Part shown: piece by piece, positions 61,590 through 64,000 of the stretch | Layout: every line of letters begins with the position of its first letter | How positions within the stretch are numbered: position 1 is the stretch's first letter | Source: an uncultured Gemmatimonadales bacterium | GTDB taxonomy: Bacteria > Gemmatimonadota > Gemmatimonadetes > Gemmatimonadales > GWC2-71-9 | NCBI GenBank assembly: GCA_963842945.1 | Contig: CAWJIM010000019.1 | Location: 224,001-288,000, forward strand | Length of the DNA stretch: 64,000 nucleotides | Reading direction: 5' to 3' | Notes under the pieces: model-generated | Database searches by the model: none | Told to the model about the DNA's origin: nothing | The model's input: only the letters and a program-made list of their open reading frames with translations | Program-made: the position numbers and the translations under genes

Positions 61590-61751
61590 ATGGACAAACC
61601 TCGCATCTTCCTGGGCTCTTCGGGAAAGCAGGCGAAGCTGTTGCGAGCGCTGACTCGAGGTCTCGAGGATGTCGCGCAGGTTGAACCTTGGACGACATCC
61701 TTCAATCCTGGGGCCGGTCAACGCCGAGTGGCTCGCTTTCTCCGGAGCTAG
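61590..61751 (+). pseudogene. Truncated N-terminus of a TIR-like nucleotide-binding protein
   Basis: MDKPRIFLGSSGKQ...VEPWTTSFNPG, then unrelated sequence and a stop. Confidence 0.7.
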
Positions 61752-61791
61752 CCTGGTCGCCTACGGGACGTAGCCTAGAAGGGAGCACACA

Positions 61792-62982
61792 ATGAACGAT
61801 CACGCTTCGCTCACTCGTGACATCACATCGGTAGAGGATGGCCGGCGGTTGAGAGCGGTGTCAGACACATCACCGCCTTCGTCGCAGCCGGACACTCCTT
61901 CATTTGGGCACATCGCCACGCTTGACAGCCTGCGCGAGCACCTTCAGTGGGCAATTGAGCTCGAACACTTCACGATCCCGCCGTACCTGTGCGCGTTGTA
62001 CTCGCTTGACGCCGTGCGCAATCCGGGAGCCACAGAGGTGGTCGCCAGCGTTCTCGTCGAAGAAATGCTGCATATGACTCTCGCAGCTAACCTGCTGAAC
62101 GCCGTGGGCGGACGCCCACGGCTGGACGCGCCGGAGATGCTGCCGGGCTATCCTGGATGCCTGCCGCACGGCGACCGCTCGTTCGAGGTCTCGCTGGTCC
62201 GCTTCAGCCTCGACGCGCTCGAGGTCTTTCTGAAGATCGAACAAGCGGCCCCGGCGGGCGCTCAGCCCGAGAGCGACGACTACGAGACGATCGGCCAGTT
62301 CTACGAGGCGATCGGCCGCGGATTGCGCGAGTTGTGCGCGCATCTGGGCGAGACTGAAGTTTTTTGCGGCGATCCGGCGCGGCAGGTGGCCGACGCGCCC
62401 TTCCCGGGAGGCGGGCGCATCATCGCGATCGACAGCCTCCCAACGGCTCTCGCGGCGCTTGAGGAAATCGTCGAGCAGGGCGAAGGCGCCGACCCTCTTC
62501 AAGTCTGGGACGGCGATCACGACTCCTCCCATCCCGAGCGCGAACAGGTCTCGCATTACTGTCGCTTTCAGGAGCTCAAGCTCGGGCGGTGTTTTCGCAG
62601 CGGCGACACCCCGTTGTCCGGGCCCACAGGCGACCCGATTTCCATCGACTGGAAGGGCGTGCGACCTATGCGCAGCAACCCGCGCACCTCGGACCATGCG
62701 CCGGGCAGTCCCATCCGCACGGCGCAGGAGGAGTTCAACCACGCCTACTGCGCGCTCTTGCGCCACCTCGAGCAGGCGTTCAACGGCAACCCGCAGGTGC
62801 TTACGGCCGCCATCGGCTCGATGTACGGGCTAAAGGCCAAGGCCCAAGCGCTGATGCTGATGCCCACCGAGGATGGACTTGGGACTGCGGGTCCCACCTT
62901 CGAATACGTTGCGCCCCGGTTGTCGTCCGTGGACAAGACCGCGCCGACAGGAAACTCGAAGTCGCAGCCCTCGCGTGAATAG
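61792..62982 (+). CDS. Ferritin-like protein of the VioB C-terminal type
   Basis: LQWAIELEHFTIPPYLCALYSL, EEMLHM, YETIGQFY, IVEQGEG, SHYCRF and AGPTFEY. Confidence 0.88.
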   Translation: MNDHASLTRDITSVEDGRRLRAVSDTSPPSSQPDTPSFGHIATLDSLREHLQWAIELEHFTIPPYLCALYSLDAVRNPGATEVVASVLVEEMLHMTLAANLLNAVGGRPRLDAPEMLPGYPGCLPHGDRSFEVSLVRFSLDALEVFLKIEQAAPAGAQPESDDYETIGQFYEAIGRGLRELCAHLGETEVFCGDPARQVADAPFPGGGRIIAIDSLPTALAALEEIVEQGEGADPLQVWDGDHDSSHPEREQVSHYCRFQELKLGRCFRSGDTPLSGPTGDPISIDWKGVRPMRSNPRTSDHAPGSPIRTAQEEFNHAYCALLRHLEQAFNGNPQVLTAAIGSMYGLKAKAQALMLMPTEDGLGTAGPTFEYVAPRLSSVDKTAPTGNSKSQPSRE

Positions 62983-62991
62983 GAGCCCTCC

Positions 62992-63645
62992 ATGTTCGAG
63001 TCCACCGAAACCCTTATTTCCACGGCGGCGGCAGACCCGGTGTCGTACTGGAGCACATGGGTGAACTTGGTGAGCACTGTGGCGGCGGGAGCGACAGGAG
63101 CACTCGCGTGGTTCGCCAAGGTGCAAATTGACAGCGCGAACCGAGAGAAGCAGGATCGCCAAGCGGTGGCGGATGCACGAATCTCCGCGCTCGCCTACGC
63201 AGTCCGGCGGCAAGTCAGGTCATGGCTCGCTTTGGATAGCGCGCCGCAAATCGTCAAGTGGAAGGCAGAGATTTCTCCGACCTTTGAGCGGGTGGAGAAT
63301 TGCCTGCAAATGGCGCTGGCAGAAGTGCACGCCTCCCCCATGGTGCGCGCCGCCCTCCGCGAGGCGCTAGTGCGCTACTATCGCGCCATGGACACGTTTG
63401 ACCAGTTGCCGTCCCCGCCCGGCGAGATGTCGGTGGACAAGGGCGCGAGCATCTGGGGTGGCCTCGGCACCTTACACGCTGAGGTTGAGTCGTGCGCGGA
63501 CAGTCTTAGAGGCGCGATTGACCCCGAGCTTGAGGCGGCTGACAAGGGCATCCCGCACCTTTTAGGGGAGGCTGAGCGGCGGGAGGCCGACGCACTGGCC
63601 GTGCCGGCCCCGCGAGGCTTCGCAAGCTGGCGCAACCGTCGCTGA
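62992..63645 (+). CDS. Hypothetical helical protein with N-terminal TM segment
   Basis: AGGAG RBS; 217-aa ORF with no recognised motif. Confidence 0.6.
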   Translation: MFESTETLISTAAADPVSYWSTWVNLVSTVAAGATGALAWFAKVQIDSANREKQDRQAVADARISALAYAVRRQVRSWLALDSAPQIVKWKAEISPTFERVENCLQMALAEVHASPMVRAALREALVRYYRAMDTFDQLPSPPGEMSVDKGASIWGGLGTLHAEVESCADSLRGAIDPELEAADKGIPHLLGEAERREADALAVPAPRGFASWRNRR

Positions 63646-63785
63646 GACGCCGGGCGTTAGGACTCAGAGCGTATGCGGATGCACGACCACAGCACTGTGA
63701 ATGGTGGTTTGTGGTGTAGCCTGCGCTCCGGAGCAAGAGGTCACAATGAAGTGGACTGGCCAGGTCACGCCTCGCCGCTAGCAAG

Positions 63786-63857
63786 TTCTTCCTAAAATCT
63801 TCCCACGTACAAAAAAGGGCCCCCAGAACGGAGGCCCTAAGTGCTTGTGGTTCACAG
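63786..63857 (-). repeat. tRNA-proximal arm: 11-bp repeats, terminator, CTAAGTGCTTGTGG
   Basis: Colinear with 49615-49686 and 55298-55363. Confidence 0.82.
63811..63838 (-). terminator. Terminator downstream of tRNA-Cys
   Basis: Minus strand AGGGCCTCC-GTTCT-GGGGGCCC-TTTTTT. Confidence 0.8.
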
Positions 63858-63929
<72 letters not shown>

Positions 63930-63940
63930 GGGAGGCAGGT

Positions 63941-63969
63941 AAGCTATTCCCCCGTGTAGCTGTCCTCAA
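63941..63969 (-). promoter_or_regulatory. sigma70-type promoter of tRNA-Cys
   Basis: Minus strand TTGAGG-17 nt-TAGCTT, ending 11 nt before the tRNA 5' end. Confidence 0.6.
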
Positions 63970-64000
63970 GCCGCAAGAATTTCGGGAATCCTGGACTCTT

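Larger units (their letters stand above)
48922..63857. mobile_element. Tandem array of integrase-free integrative cassettes at tRNA-Cys
   Basis: Repeated tRNA 3' halves with homologous flanking arms at 49.7 and 55.4 kb, a vestige at 48.9 kb, accessory cargo, and no recombinase ORF recognised. Confidence 0.75.

Overview
GC-rich bacterial chromosomal window, probably Gemmatimonadota. That placement is an inference from gene content: SusC/SusD, a Hanks kinase-TPR protein, Kgd-type E2-E1 2-oxoglutarate dehydrogenase and FadIJ. About 20 genes, including core ones, carry single-base frameshifts, most likely from an unpolished assembly. Bases 1-48.7 kb are mostly core genes: amidohydrolase, two type IV minor-pilin operons sharing a sigma54-type 17-mer, pfpI, mazG-like, rsgA, proline dehydrogenase, topoisomerase IB, LytS/LytTR, susCD, kinase, fadIJ, glpD, kgd, tkt-tal, a dicarboxylate symporter, M61 peptidase, FRG protein, a stand-alone rpsD and pal. 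Many gene junctions there carry 7-9-nt tandem repeats in inverted arrangements. Bases 48.9-63.9 kb are the most interesting part: a tandem array of integrase-free cassettes downstream of tRNA-Cys(GCA) (63858-63929, minus strand). The cassettes are separated by about 250-bp attP-like junctions, each with 11-bp direct repeats, a terminator, an exact 42-bp tRNA 3' half ending at the anticodon loop, and a conserved ~140-bp arm. Cargo includes an inverted pair of lipoprotein paralogues differing most in Cys-bounded loops, a DUF4412-TonB-like fusion, a sigma54 activator with a duplicated promoter driving cupin, ferritin-like and hydrolase genes, and several gene fragments. All calls come from reading the sequence by eye; no searches were run.
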